NCBI GenBank assembly: GCA_965219995.1
Contig: CBDCOX010000002.1
Coordinates: 32,001-96,000, forward strand
DNA length: 64,000 nucleotides
DNA from: Candidatus Latescibacterota bacterium
GTDB taxonomy: Bacteria; Latescibacterota; UBA2968; GCA-2709665
Reading direction: 5' to 3'
This document shows positions 51,128 through 60,236 of this stretch, piece after piece. Every line of letters starts with the position of its first letter. Within the stretch, counting starts at the first letter, position 1. The translations under genes were made by a program, and so were the position numbers. The notes under the pieces were generated by a model that saw only the letters and a list, made by a program, of their open reading frames with translations, was not told the origin of the DNA and ran no database searches.

Positions 51128-51907
51128 ATGAACCCGATGCCCGAACTTGCCCCCATGCTCAAAAGACTGCGCCTGTCCGGCATCCTCGAGACACTGCCTG
51201 CCAGAAATCAGGAAGCCATCGACAACAAACTCGCTTACAGCGAGTTCCTCGCCCTGCTTGTCCAGGACGAGGTCGCACGCAGAGAACACAAAAAGTTCAA
51301 CCTGCGCCTGCGACGCGCGGGCTTCCGCGGCGAGAAAACCCTCGAGGGCTTCGACTTCGCCTTCAACCCCGCCATCAATCAGGCCTTCATCAAGGACCTG
51401 GCCACCTGTGCCTTCATCAAGGAAAAGGTCGCAATACTGATTGCAGGACCCTGCGGCACGGGCAAAAGCCACATCGCACAAGCCCTGGGACACCTCGCCG
51501 TCAGAGCCGGCTACGACACCCTGTTCACCACACAAACCAAGCTGTTGGGACAACTCCACGCCGCACGGGCGACAGGCACCTTCGAGCGGCGCTTCCACAA
51601 TGTTGTCAAAACACCGCTGCTCATCATCGATGACTTCGGCCTCAAACCCATGACGCCGCCACACGACGAGGACTTCCACGACCTCATCTCTGAACGCTAT
51701 GAACGGGCGGCTACCATCGTCACCTCAAACCTCGACTTCTCGGAATGGGTTCACGCCTTCCCGAATCGACTCCTCGGCGCCGCCACCCTCGACCGTCTCA
51801 GGCACGGCGCCTATCGCGTCATCCTCGACGGCGAAAGCTTCCGCGCACCTAAACCCTTACCACAATCACAAAAAAAACACCTTGGAAAGGAGGCCCAAGA
51901 GCACTAA
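51128..51907 (+). CDS. istB: IS21 helper ATPase IstB
   Basis: KTLEGFDF, GPCGTGKSH, LLIIDDFG, TSN, LDRLRH. Confidence 0.95.
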   Translation: MNPMPELAPMLKRLRLSGILETLPARNQEAIDNKLAYSEFLALLVQDEVARREHKKFNLRLRRAGFRGEKTLEGFDFAFNPAINQAFIKDLATCAFIKEKVAILIAGPCGTGKSHIAQALGHLAVRAGYDTLFTTQTKLLGQLHAARATGTFERRFHNVVKTPLLIIDDFGLKPMTPPHDEDFHDLISERYERAATIVTSNLDFSEWVHAFPNRLLGAATLDRLRHGAYRVILDGESFRAPKPLPQSQKKHLGKEAQEH

Positions 51908-52011
51908 TTATATGCCCCTTCCGAAACACTAAAATCGACACTTCCAGGTGGCTCCATTACGCCGATCATGGGTGGCCCCATTAGGGCGATCCGTGACAAG
52001 GAGTAAAGGCC

Positions 52012-53277
52012 GTGGCTAAGACAGTAATGATATTCGGGGCAGGTGCAACGTTACCATTTTTCTGTCCACCCATTACAACCAGTAAGTTGACTGATTTGGT
52101 GCAGAATAGGCGGAAATGGAAAGACCTTCTGGATAGGTATAACACAGAAATGTGTCGCGCGAGTTGCCTTTTGGATTGTAAGGTCAAATGGGAGCCCGTA
52201 TCGCACCTAATCCAGCGGGCGTTCGAAGTAAAAGGGTGCGTCAACTTTGAGGAACTCATCGGGTTTTGTGATCTGTATTCATCGTACGTGATTCACGATA
52301 GTTACCTTGCAAACAGTGGAATTGGAATTGAAACAAAACGTCAGCACGATCTCTTGAGGTTCTTCAACGTTAGACAGCCAAATCAAGACTGTCAATACTG
52401 GCAGATGGTACCCTTTTTGTTCAGACAAATCATCGCCGAAGCAATCGAAGAATGGGTTGGTCAATATCGATCAAAAAACTACTGTAGCCTCCTGATCCGG
52501 CAAAAGGAATTGCTTTTGGGGCAACTTAGGCAGGGCGATCTGTCATGCTACTCTTTTAACTATGATGACGTCTTGCTTCAGACGGTTTCGGCTGGAAAGT
52601 TGCCCTTGCAGACGGGCTTCGTTTCCGGACGCTTTTGCGGAGAGAAATTCCTTAAAGCGCCATCTATTCTGGCGTTTTTGCACGGCCATGCCAGCTGGGC
52701 TCTGGACAACTGCGGTATGAGGGAATTTGGATCAATCTCTGATGCCAACCGTTGGCGAATCGGGCGTCTCTTCACCGATGATGCGCCTCCGATGGAATTC
52801 GTCGATGAATCTGGCGCCTACGATTTCAATTCATTTCTAACCACTGGCTTGGATAAGGACCCCTCATTCAACCGCAAACCCTATTGTGCGTACCACCAAA
52901 GACTTGCCTACGACCTTATGTCTGCAGATCGACTCATCGTGGTTGGATACTCGTTCAGGGACCAACACGTTGATAGGTTTCTGCTGAACTTTCTTGATCT
53001 CAAACCGACGACAAATAAAGTCATGGTCATTGACCGGTGGGATTATGATATTGATCAACAATCCGAGTTCACTAATCCGTTCGGATCGCTGCGCCGCGTA
53101 CTGGCCAAATTTGACGGTACGAGCATTCCCTTTACGCAGGGTGGCAACGGGCGAATAAACAACGTCGGCTATGGGCCTTTTTGTGGTTCGATTTGGATTT
53201 ACAAGAAAGGTTACGCCGACTTTCTTGTCGAGTGGGAGACCGTTCTCGATGAATGGCAATCGTCGGATAGTTCGTAG
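52012..53277 (+). CDS. SIR2-like domain protein (putative antiphage NADase)
   Basis: IFGAGA, SFNYD, LHG, VGYSFRDQHV motifs. Confidence 0.8.
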   Translation: MAKTVMIFGAGATLPFFCPPITTSKLTDLVQNRRKWKDLLDRYNTEMCRASCLLDCKVKWEPVSHLIQRAFEVKGCVNFEELIGFCDLYSSYVIHDSYLANSGIGIETKRQHDLLRFFNVRQPNQDCQYWQMVPFLFRQIIAEAIEEWVGQYRSKNYCSLLIRQKELLLGQLRQGDLSCYSFNYDDVLLQTVSAGKLPLQTGFVSGRFCGEKFLKAPSILAFLHGHASWALDNCGMREFGSISDANRWRIGRLFTDDAPPMEFVDESGAYDFNSFLTTGLDKDPSFNRKPYCAYHQRLAYDLMSADRLIVVGYSFRDQHVDRFLLNFLDLKPTTNKVMVIDRWDYDIDQQSEFTNPFGSLRRVLAKFDGTSIPFTQGGNGRINNVGYGPFCGSIWIYKKGYADFLVEWETVLDEWQSSDSS

Positions 53278-53440
53278 TTGAACGACCCGTTTTAAAAAGG
53301 TCGGCAGTTGCCTGTTTGTCATACCGCCATGCACAATTTCGGATTGAATGCCGAAATCGTCGTTTTGTGATTGGTCGATCCAATTGGATTTCTACGTACA
53401 GATGAGGCACGATCAAAATGTGAGTGAGATTGTGCTTCGC

Positions 53441-53683
53441 TTAATGTTTCGTGTCCTTGGGTGGGTGGGGGTCGTTTCCAGGAGGTACGGTATCCGAATC
53501 ACGCCAACGCCCATCCCGTCCCTGAATGCGAACCTCGCCCCCACCTAAGTTCCCAACAATCTCCTTTGCCCGTTGCTCAGCTTCACGCTGAGTGTCGTGA
53601 ACAGAACTGGCTTTTTCTGAATTCGGCCCCTTGACAGCCCAGCCTTCGGGATGTTTCGTTACATACCGTTCATTCCTGCCCAT
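53441..53683 (-). CDS. DUF2188 domain protein
   Basis: GWAVKG..KASSVHDTQREA..A..GEVRIQGRDGRWRDSD..GNDPHPP. Confidence 0.9.
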   Translation of the reverse strand: MGRNERYVTKHPEGWAVKGPNSEKASSVHDTQREAEQRAKEIVGNLGGGEVRIQGRDGRWRDSDTVPPGNDPHPPKDTKH

Positions 53684-54094
53684 ATCGACCTCCTTGATTT
53701 AGTTGATTCGTGTTTAACGGATGTTCAAAGAGTGTTGGTTCATTGAGGTTGTATCGCGGTTACTCTCGGTGACGCCGCCTCGAAAACCCGTAATGGAAGA
53801 GGTCGGAACTCATTCAACGCCTTCGATTCGCACATGCTTCTGCTATCCTACATTTGATTGTTCTCTGAACTACGGTATCGACCTCAGGGCAATGGAGATG
53901 GCTGTGCCGCTTACGTAGCGTTTTAGTGATGCGGTCAAGTGATCATTCGTTATTATCCCTCCTTTGGACCATGATGTTGCATTTTATGGGACGGATTCAG
54001 GCTCTCAACAATGGTCATGCTGCCAGGACCGATTGTCCGCGGTATCCCGTTACGGGAACTTTCGGTTCGTCAGCCTCCATCGCCAATTGTCGGT

Positions 54095-54484
54095 TCAGCG
54101 GGTCCACAGCTTAGACAACCAAGCCAGAAAGCCCGCCCGTGGCGTATAGTGTGCGCATTTGTTCCTTCTGTCATGCAAGCGCCCTGCCTCAATCTGCCGC
54201 TTCGACCACCGTCGGGCCCATTTCACGGTACAATGCTCAATCCAATAATGTGACATGCACTCGAAGCTCCAGTTGCCGATAGACGGGCTCAGAGAGATAG
54301 AATCTCCATCAAAGGAAAGTGTCCAGTCGGTGGGTGTCAGCGGCGTTACAACCTCGCCCCCGCAACCGCAGCAGCACTTATGCACGGCTGTGGCGTAGTC
54401 GATTGAGACGTAAATCGTCCGTTCTTGAAGATCCTCCGGAATAGTCTTGACGAATATAAATTCGAGGATCATCGACTGCCTCAT
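54095..54484 (-). CDS. DUF6527 family protein
   Basis: HKCCCGCG.EVVTPL.P..W, SLSPSIGNW..C.SHYWI; translationally coupled to the E1 gene. Confidence 0.85.
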   Translation of the reverse strand: MRQSMILEFIFVKTIPEDLQERTIYVSIDYATAVHKCCCGCGGEVVTPLTPTDWTLSFDGDSISLSPSIGNWSFECMSHYWIEHCTVKWARRWSKRQIEAGRLHDRRNKCAHYTPRAGFLAWLSKLWTR

Positions 54485-55665
54485 ACTTTGTCCTCATTGT
54501 TGATCACATTTCCGTCGAGTGTGTAAGTGCTGAAATGCTCGTGCTCCAAATCGAGGTAGAAACCGGCCAGCTTTTTCCATTTTATCACCGCCAAGGCAGC
54601 ATTAAGCGCGTTCAGTTCGGCTATCTGGATGTTTCGCGAGTATATGCCATCGTCGTCGCCACCAGAGAATCCGATTCTGTTTCGTTCTCTTATATGGTCG
54701 CGCTTCATGGGGGTGCTCGTCGTCACCCGTAGGACGCCCAATAGCTTGTCGTCGGCGAGTTCGATTCCCATACCTACATCAATGAATGGAATATCCAGAT
54801 CTTCAAGTTTTTCGATGATGGGTAGTTTCACGTTGCCCTTATCCACACAAAGAAAAACAAATTCCATGTCTTTCAATAGGCTGACGTTGGACGCGTCGAT
54901 ATGGAAGTCATGCGAAATGATGCCTTTCCGCATCTTGGCATAGCGATTCGAATGATGAGTGACTTTTTTGGGTATCGATCTTAACTCCTCAATGGAGGGT
55001 GCGCCGGGTGCCCGGAATGCGTTGTGTTGTAGGAATTCATCTCCGTCAAAGATATGGATCTCCCGAACCCACGTTTTTGCAACTAAATCAAGAATATAGG
55101 ACCCTGTTCCACCAAGGCCAATGATTGCAACTCTTTGGAGGTGAAGCCTATTCGAAACCGTCGTAATTCCTGCGCGGCTTGAAGCAGTGTCGACGTAGTT
55201 GAATATTGAGTCTGGGTCATCTGATGCGATCACCCGTCGGGTCTGCGCTGTAGCGGTCGAGTCAAGGGCTTCTGCGTGGCCTGCAATGATGGCAACGTAT
55301 GTGACCATCTTGTGGTAATAGTCCTTGTAATCTCCGCTAATTGGCTTACTTGAAAATGAGTGGTCTATCACCAAACCTTCGCAGATTTCCTGCCGGTCGC
55401 TTTGGAGCTTTATTTTTTCGAGTTCGGAACCGTTTCGATCACAAGGATGCTCACCGGCGAACATTGCCACGTGTGTGCTTGGAGTAGCGGTAACGTCGCC
55501 GGCAAGATCAAGGGAGGAGACGAGTACCCCCCGCCGCACCTGCTTTTGAGGGTTCACGTAAGGTACGTTGTACATCAATAGAAAGCCCGACCTGACGTCA
55601 ATCTCATAACCGTCATCCAACAGCCTTTTTAGGTCGGCACTACGATTTATCAGTTGCTGTGACAT
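54481..55665 (-). CDS. E2-like (DUF6791) plus ThiF/E1 adenylyltransferase fusion
   Basis: N-terminal DLKRL.D.GYEI..VPYV..HSFSSKP; C-terminal IIGLGGTGSY, DGD..HNAFR, FLCVD, IDVGMG, YSRNIQIAELNALNA. Confidence 0.88.
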   Translation of the reverse strand: MSQQLINRSADLKRLLDDGYEIDVRSGFLLMYNVPYVNPQKQVRRGVLVSSLDLAGDVTATPSTHVAMFAGEHPCDRNGSELEKIKLQSDRQEICEGLVIDHSFSSKPISGDYKDYYHKMVTYVAIIAGHAEALDSTATAQTRRVIASDDPDSIFNYVDTASSRAGITTVSNRLHLQRVAIIGLGGTGSYILDLVAKTWVREIHIFDGDEFLQHNAFRAPGAPSIEELRSIPKKVTHHSNRYAKMRKGIISHDFHIDASNVSLLKDMEFVFLCVDKGNVKLPIIEKLEDLDIPFIDVGMGIELADDKLLGVLRVTTSTPMKRDHIRERNRIGFSGGDDDGIYSRNIQIAELNALNAALAVIKWKKLAGFYLDLEHEHFSTYTLDGNVINNEDKV

Positions 55666-55948
55666 TGAAGATCATGCCATCTTTGACCCTCACGATTTCG
55701 CCTTCGATAAGGATCCCTTCCGGTTTGTTTCCCACACCGTGTCGATAGGTAATGGTGAATTCGATAAATTTTCCAGTGGGAGGGTCATCGAATGCCAGCG
55801 CGACCAGTTCACGAAATGTCAACTCCGCCCTTATACTGACCTTTTTTTCTCGGCCGTTAACGATTATTGTGGCGTCTTTGGCGGGTCCGGAGTCCGCCTC
55901 CTTGTGTCCGAATTCACCGTTTTCTGCTTTTACGTGTTCAATCTGCAT
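55640..55948 (-). CDS. Multi-ubiquitin family ubiquitin-like protein (single domain)
   Basis: IIVNGREK..LTFRELVALAF..TITY..G.L..G..V.VKDGMIFNVTATDKS; AAGGAG RBS; overlaps the E2-E1 start. Confidence 0.85.
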   Translation of the reverse strand: MQIEHVKAENGEFGHKEADSGPAKDATIIVNGREKKVSIRAELTFRELVALAFDDPPTGKFIEFTITYRHGVGNKPEGILIEGEIVRVKDGMIFNVTATDKS

Positions 55949-56054
55949 TGCACTAACTCCTTTCTTCCTCAACCCGCAGACAGATGTGGATTTCGGCTGC
56001 GTCTGTCGCTGCCGACCATCTGGCCGTTCCTGCGTGCGAATCTCGAAACAGGTC

Positions 56055-56208
56055 CAGATTGGAATCTGCAGAATATACAAGAAATCAATAAATGTGTCAA
56101 TAACAAAAGGTGAAAACGCCTTTTATCAAACGCTTCTGCTCAAGATTTGGCCTTGGAAAGCCTTCTATGTTTTTATTGCTTGACATTCGTTCCCCGATTG
56201 CCTAAATT
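56055..56208. promoter_or_regulatory. Divergent sigma70 promoters with a palindromic operator candidate
   Basis: Minus TTGACA 56100-56095 / TATATT 56077-56072; plus TTGACA 56180-56185 / TAAATT 56203-56208; palindrome CAGATT-GG-AATCTG 56055-56068. Confidence 0.6.
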
Positions 56209-56221
56209 CTGTGCCAGCGAT

Positions 56222-56602
56222 ATGCGACGGCGACCTGAATCAGAACGACTCTACGAGATTGTAGGGCAGAAGGTAGAACGTAGGCGGCGTGAGGCTAAGC
56301 TTACGCAGGCCCAATTGGCCGGGCTATGTGGCCTCGCGCGTGGTTCCATTGCCAACATTGAGAGCGGAAACCAGCGTCCAACCATTCATACGCTATGGGA
56401 TCTCGCGGAGGCGCTTAAGGTCGATATGCGCTCGCTTCTGCCTTCGCCTGAAGAATTCCTGCCGGATGTGGGGGGTACTGCGAGGCCGGTAATCACGGGT
56501 AGGTTACAGAAGGTGGCGGGAGAGAGTCGAAATCAGATTGCTTCCTTCATCGCTAGTAGCCGAGCGGAGGTCATGCCAGATGTCTCTGGAGAGGATGGCT
56601 GA
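56222..56602 (+). CDS. XRE family HTH regulator (CapH-like)
   Basis: RREAKLTQAQLA..GLARGSIANIESGNQRP..L..LAEAL. Confidence 0.9.
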   Translation: MRRRPESERLYEIVGQKVERRRREAKLTQAQLAGLCGLARGSIANIESGNQRPTIHTLWDLAEALKVDMRSLLPSPEEFLPDVGGTARPVITGRLQKVAGESRNQIASFIASSRAEVMPDVSGEDG

Positions 56603-57083
56603 GGCGCTACTCGCAAATGCAGGCGTGAATTCCGCACCGGTTGACTTGAATCGAGTGGCAGAGCACTTGTGCATAAAGATTCAGTACGTCGACCTCGGTG
56701 AGGATTGTTCGGGCGTGCTCGTCCGTAATGGGGACCGTGCCGTGATTGGTGTCAATGAGGATCACCATTCGAATCGCCAGCGGTTTAGTATCGCGCATGA
56801 GATCGCCCATTTCGTTCTACATAGGGGCGATACGTACATCGACAAGGGGTATCGCGTACAATTTCGCGACCTTGAATCAGGCTCTGGGACAAAACGGGAA
56901 GAGATGGAGGCTAATGCACTTGCTGCGGCATTGCTAATGCCTGCCGCTTGGGTAAGGCGTGCCTTCCTCCTGAAGCCTTTTGATTTGGCTGAAGACGATG
57001 TACTTAAGATGCTTGCTGATAATTTTAACGTGAGCACTCAAGCGATGACCTACCGACTCATGAAACTACGAATGATCAGCTGA
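56580..57083 (+). CDS. ImmA/IrrE family metallopeptidase (CapP-like)
   Basis: RQRFSIAHEIAH, EMEANALAAALLMP, FNVSTQAM.YRL. Confidence 0.92.
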   Translation: MSLERMAEALLANAGVNSAPVDLNRVAEHLCIKIQYVDLGEDCSGVLVRNGDRAVIGVNEDHHSNRQRFSIAHEIAHFVLHRGDTYIDKGYRVQFRDLESGSGTKREEMEANALAAALLMPAAWVRRAFLLKPFDLAEDDVLKMLADNFNVSTQAMTYRLMKLRMIS

Positions 57084-57172
57084 AGGCCTGTTACTACTTT
57101 CACCCGCCTGCCAATCCGCTGCCGGACAATTCCCCGCTAATCTTTCTTCACTCAGCCGATTCTCCGATACGT

Positions 57173-59788
57173 TTAGCACAGGCTTGTTTGAAGGAGACTA
57201 GTCGGTTTTCTTTCCGTCTCCTGCCCATTCTGTCTATCCCCGTCGCCCCACACCCGCCGTATCGCCGCCTGAATCCTCTTCTCCATTCGCTTTATTAACT
57301 TCTTGTTCGCATCCAAGATGGCTTGTTCGCCCTTGATTTCGGTGACGATTTCTTCTTGTGTCTCGGCAGCGGGTAGGGGAATTCTGTAGCTTTCCAGGAC
57401 GGTTTTGGGAACCCGTTGTAGTCCTCCAGTTCCGGTCATCTGTGGTGTTGCCCATTTTCGAAATTTGGGCGTAGCGACGCTGAGGTATATCCATTCAGGG
57501 ATAACTTCCCGTTCCGGTCTCAGCACGTAAAACTCGCTCGAACCAAACCCGATTCCGTTGCTCAAGCCGTTGGCGATTCCCGCTTTGCCATTCTCAAAAC
57601 AGGGAGTCACCTTTGCAATAAGTACGTCGTCGTCCCTGAAGTAAGTATAGCTGGTGCCAACTTCATTTAAGCGCTTACAATGTCTCGGTGAAAAATACAT
57701 ACTGTTTGAGCCCAGATCAGCCATCGGCACAAAAGAAACGAATCTTGTGCCGTCGAATGCATTCAATTCCGATTTTCGAGGATTTAGATTGCAGACTTCC
57801 CCGATTTCCACCATCGGCCAATCGGGGTCGATGGGAATATGCGGTCGGTAGTTGTCGATGACTGCGCGCGCACCGTCGATCACCCGCTGATACCCCTTGA
57901 TCTCCGCCACAATCTCCCGCTGCACATCCAGAGGCGGTAGGGGAAAACTGAAGCTCGAATACTGTCTCGCGTTAATATTGGTAAGCGTGCCTGTCTTCGA
58001 GTTACTGTCTATCCACTCGCGCCACGTCTCTGACTTGGTTACGTGATAAACAAATTCAGGAACGGCTTTAGTCGGATCGATACGGAAACGAATCAAGTAA
58101 CCAGCGTATTGATAATTTCCTTGCTGATTTCCGTGCAGGTAGGTACGTCCAACGGAGCCCGAGCGTGCGATAAGTAGGTCACCAGGTTTCAAGAAGAGGT
58201 CTGGCTCGATTAGTGAAGGCGAAACTGAATCGCTTGAACGGAGTTCTCCGTCGTCTGTAATGTCAGTTATCCGCACATATCGTACTTTGTTATCGAATGT
58301 AACTTTGCGTGCCCCGGAACCGTACGTCGGTTTGCCCAAGATAATTTCGCCAAGGTTTACCCAGGCGTATTTTGTATCGTTGGTTCTGTATTCCCTATAC
58401 CTCTCCCCACTCAGGTTGTACTCCCCACCAGCCGCGATTTTTGACTTTGGGACGATGAGTGGCACCCCTTGCTGAATGAGTTGCTCCAGGATTGACTGAT
58501 CGGCGGCGGGGTGTGGTTCGCCTTTATCCTGCCCATCCTGTCCATCCATGTTCCCAACATTGCCAATGTACTCCTTCATGGCCTCCAAGGTCCGCGGGAG
58601 GTCGTTCAGATCGATCGGTCTGCGCTGGGCGCCGAGGTCGAAGCCGTCATTTTCGACTTTGAAGAAGGCGATCTGATCGGTCCGTTTCGCCAGGGATTTG
58701 TCGAGGATCAGGATTGACGTCTTGACGCCGGAGTAGGGATTGAAGACGCCCGCGGGGAGGGAGACGACGGCGACCAGATAGTCCTCGACCAGCATCTTGC
58801 GCAGTTGTTTGTGGGCGTTTTGGCTCTGGAAGATGATGCCCTCGGGGACGATGATCCCGGCGCGGCCGGATGGCGTAAGATGTTCGGCCATGTAGTCCAC
58901 GAACAGGACTTCGCTGCGTTTGGATTTCACGGAAAAGCGGTTGTGCGGGCGGATGCCGCCCTTCGGCGACATGAACGGCGGATTGGCCAGAATGACGTCG
59001 GCGTATTCGTTCCAGCGGTCCTCGCTGGTGAGGGTGTCGTATTCGACAATGTGCGGTTTCTGAAAGCCGTGCAGGTACATGTTTACCAATGACAGTCGGA
59101 CCATATCCGGTGAGATATCGTAGCCCTTGAAGTTTGCGGTGAGTTTTTCCCGTTCGTCAGGTGTGAGCGTACTGTTTCCGTCGTCGTCGGTATTGGCCTC
59201 GACAATGTGCTTGTACGAGGAAATGAGAAACCCGGCAGTGCCGCAGGCCGGGTCCAGAATGGTTTCGTTTTTCTTCGGGTCGATCACCGCGACGATGAAG
59301 TCGATGATGTGGCGCGGGGTGCGGAACTGACCGGCGTCGCCCTGCGAACCCAGGACCGAGAGCAGGTACTCGAAGGCATCCCCGAGGCGCTCGCTGTGGT
59401 CGTACGTGAACTCGTCGATGACCTTCAAAAAGGCGCGGAGCGTTTCCGGGTCGCGATAGGGGAGGTAGGCGTTGTTGAAGATGTCCCTGAAAAGCGGCGG
59501 TATGCCGGGATTCTCGGGCATTCGGTCAATGGCTTCGGCGTAGACATTGAGCATCTCATGTCCGCCCAGGCCGGAACGCATCAGCTTCGGCCAGCCGAAC
59601 CGGGCAAATTCACCGGCGAAGAATTTCCGCGTGCCGCCCAGCTCCTCGCTCTTGGCGTCCATGTCGTCCATGAACTTGTAGATCAACGCGATCGTGATCT
59701 GCTCGACCTGGCTCTTGGGATCCGGCACCTTCCCGACCAAAATATCGCGGGCGGTATCTATACGGCGTTTCGTTTCAGCGTCTAACAT
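57173..59788 (-). CDS. Type I-like RM N6-adenine methyltransferase fused to specificity (S) domains
   Basis: GQFRTPRHI, ILDPACGTAGFL, NPPF; two TRD+CR units ending PLPPLDVQREIV and PLPAAETQEEIV. Confidence 0.92.
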   Translation of the reverse strand: MLDAETKRRIDTARDILVGKVPDPKSQVEQITIALIYKFMDDMDAKSEELGGTRKFFAGEFARFGWPKLMRSGLGGHEMLNVYAEAIDRMPENPGIPPLFRDIFNNAYLPYRDPETLRAFLKVIDEFTYDHSERLGDAFEYLLSVLGSQGDAGQFRTPRHIIDFIVAVIDPKKNETILDPACGTAGFLISSYKHIVEANTDDDGNSTLTPDEREKLTANFKGYDISPDMVRLSLVNMYLHGFQKPHIVEYDTLTSEDRWNEYADVILANPPFMSPKGGIRPHNRFSVKSKRSEVLFVDYMAEHLTPSGRAGIIVPEGIIFQSQNAHKQLRKMLVEDYLVAVVSLPAGVFNPYSGVKTSILILDKSLAKRTDQIAFFKVENDGFDLGAQRRPIDLNDLPRTLEAMKEYIGNVGNMDGQDGQDKGEPHPAADQSILEQLIQQGVPLIVPKSKIAAGGEYNLSGERYREYRTNDTKYAWVNLGEIILGKPTYGSGARKVTFDNKVRYVRITDITDDGELRSSDSVSPSLIEPDLFLKPGDLLIARSGSVGRTYLHGNQQGNYQYAGYLIRFRIDPTKAVPEFVYHVTKSETWREWIDSNSKTGTLTNINARQYSSFSFPLPPLDVQREIVAEIKGYQRVIDGARAVIDNYRPHIPIDPDWPMVEIGEVCNLNPRKSELNAFDGTRFVSFVPMADLGSNSMYFSPRHCKRLNEVGTSYTYFRDDDVLIAKVTPCFENGKAGIANGLSNGIGFGSSEFYVLRPEREVIPEWIYLSVATPKFRKWATPQMTGTGGLQRVPKTVLESYRIPLPAAETQEEIVTEIKGEQAILDANKKLIKRMEKRIQAAIRRVWGDGDRQNGQETERKPTSLLQTSLC
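58523..58552 (-). repeat. Family A repeat embedded in frame in the methyltransferase gene
   Basis: AACATGGATGGACAGGATGGGCAGGATAAA on the coding strand, read as NMDGQDGQDK. Confidence 0.85.
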
Positions 59789-59805
59789 CGAAGAACCTCA
59801 GACTT

Positions 59806-60235
59806 ACATGGATGGACAGGATGAACAGGATAAATTCAAGAACCCAAAACATCGGATTCAGCCAACGCATCAACGATTCCAGCCGTTGCAGTGGTATATA
59901 TCATCCAGAGCTTGTTGCTGAAAACTGCCTTGTAATTGACGGTTCGAGAATGCAGAACTTCGTTGAGAAAGAGTCTTGTTTCCTTGTGATTTTCAATGTA
60001 TATTTCGTTTGTCTGGACGTTTTATTAGCTCTTGCAAATTGACTAAAATGTCTTATTGCAGGCCCCACGGGTTTCGGCTCGTGGGATTTTTTTTGTATTT
60101 GAATGAATCGTAGGAAGAAACGAGTTGAGGTTTATAGCTTATATGCCGGTTTTCGGGGTGGTTTTCCTTTGTGTTTTTGTGCCTTTTGTGGCCATTTTGT
60201 TTTTTTCTTGCCTCTGATCCTGTGCATCCATGTTT
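59806..60235. repeat. Family A inverted pair with an internal family B unit, between the M-S and R genes
   Basis: +59806-59834; half copy -60217-60235; TTTGTGTTTTTGTGCCTTTTGTGGC at ~60168-60192. Confidence 0.75.
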
Positions 60236-60236
60236 C

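Larger units (their letters stand above)
49427..51998 (+). mobile_element. IS21 family insertion sequence
   Basis: TG..CA ends with repeated GATCGCCCTAATGGGGCCACC motifs in inverted orientation; istA + istB. Confidence 0.92.
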
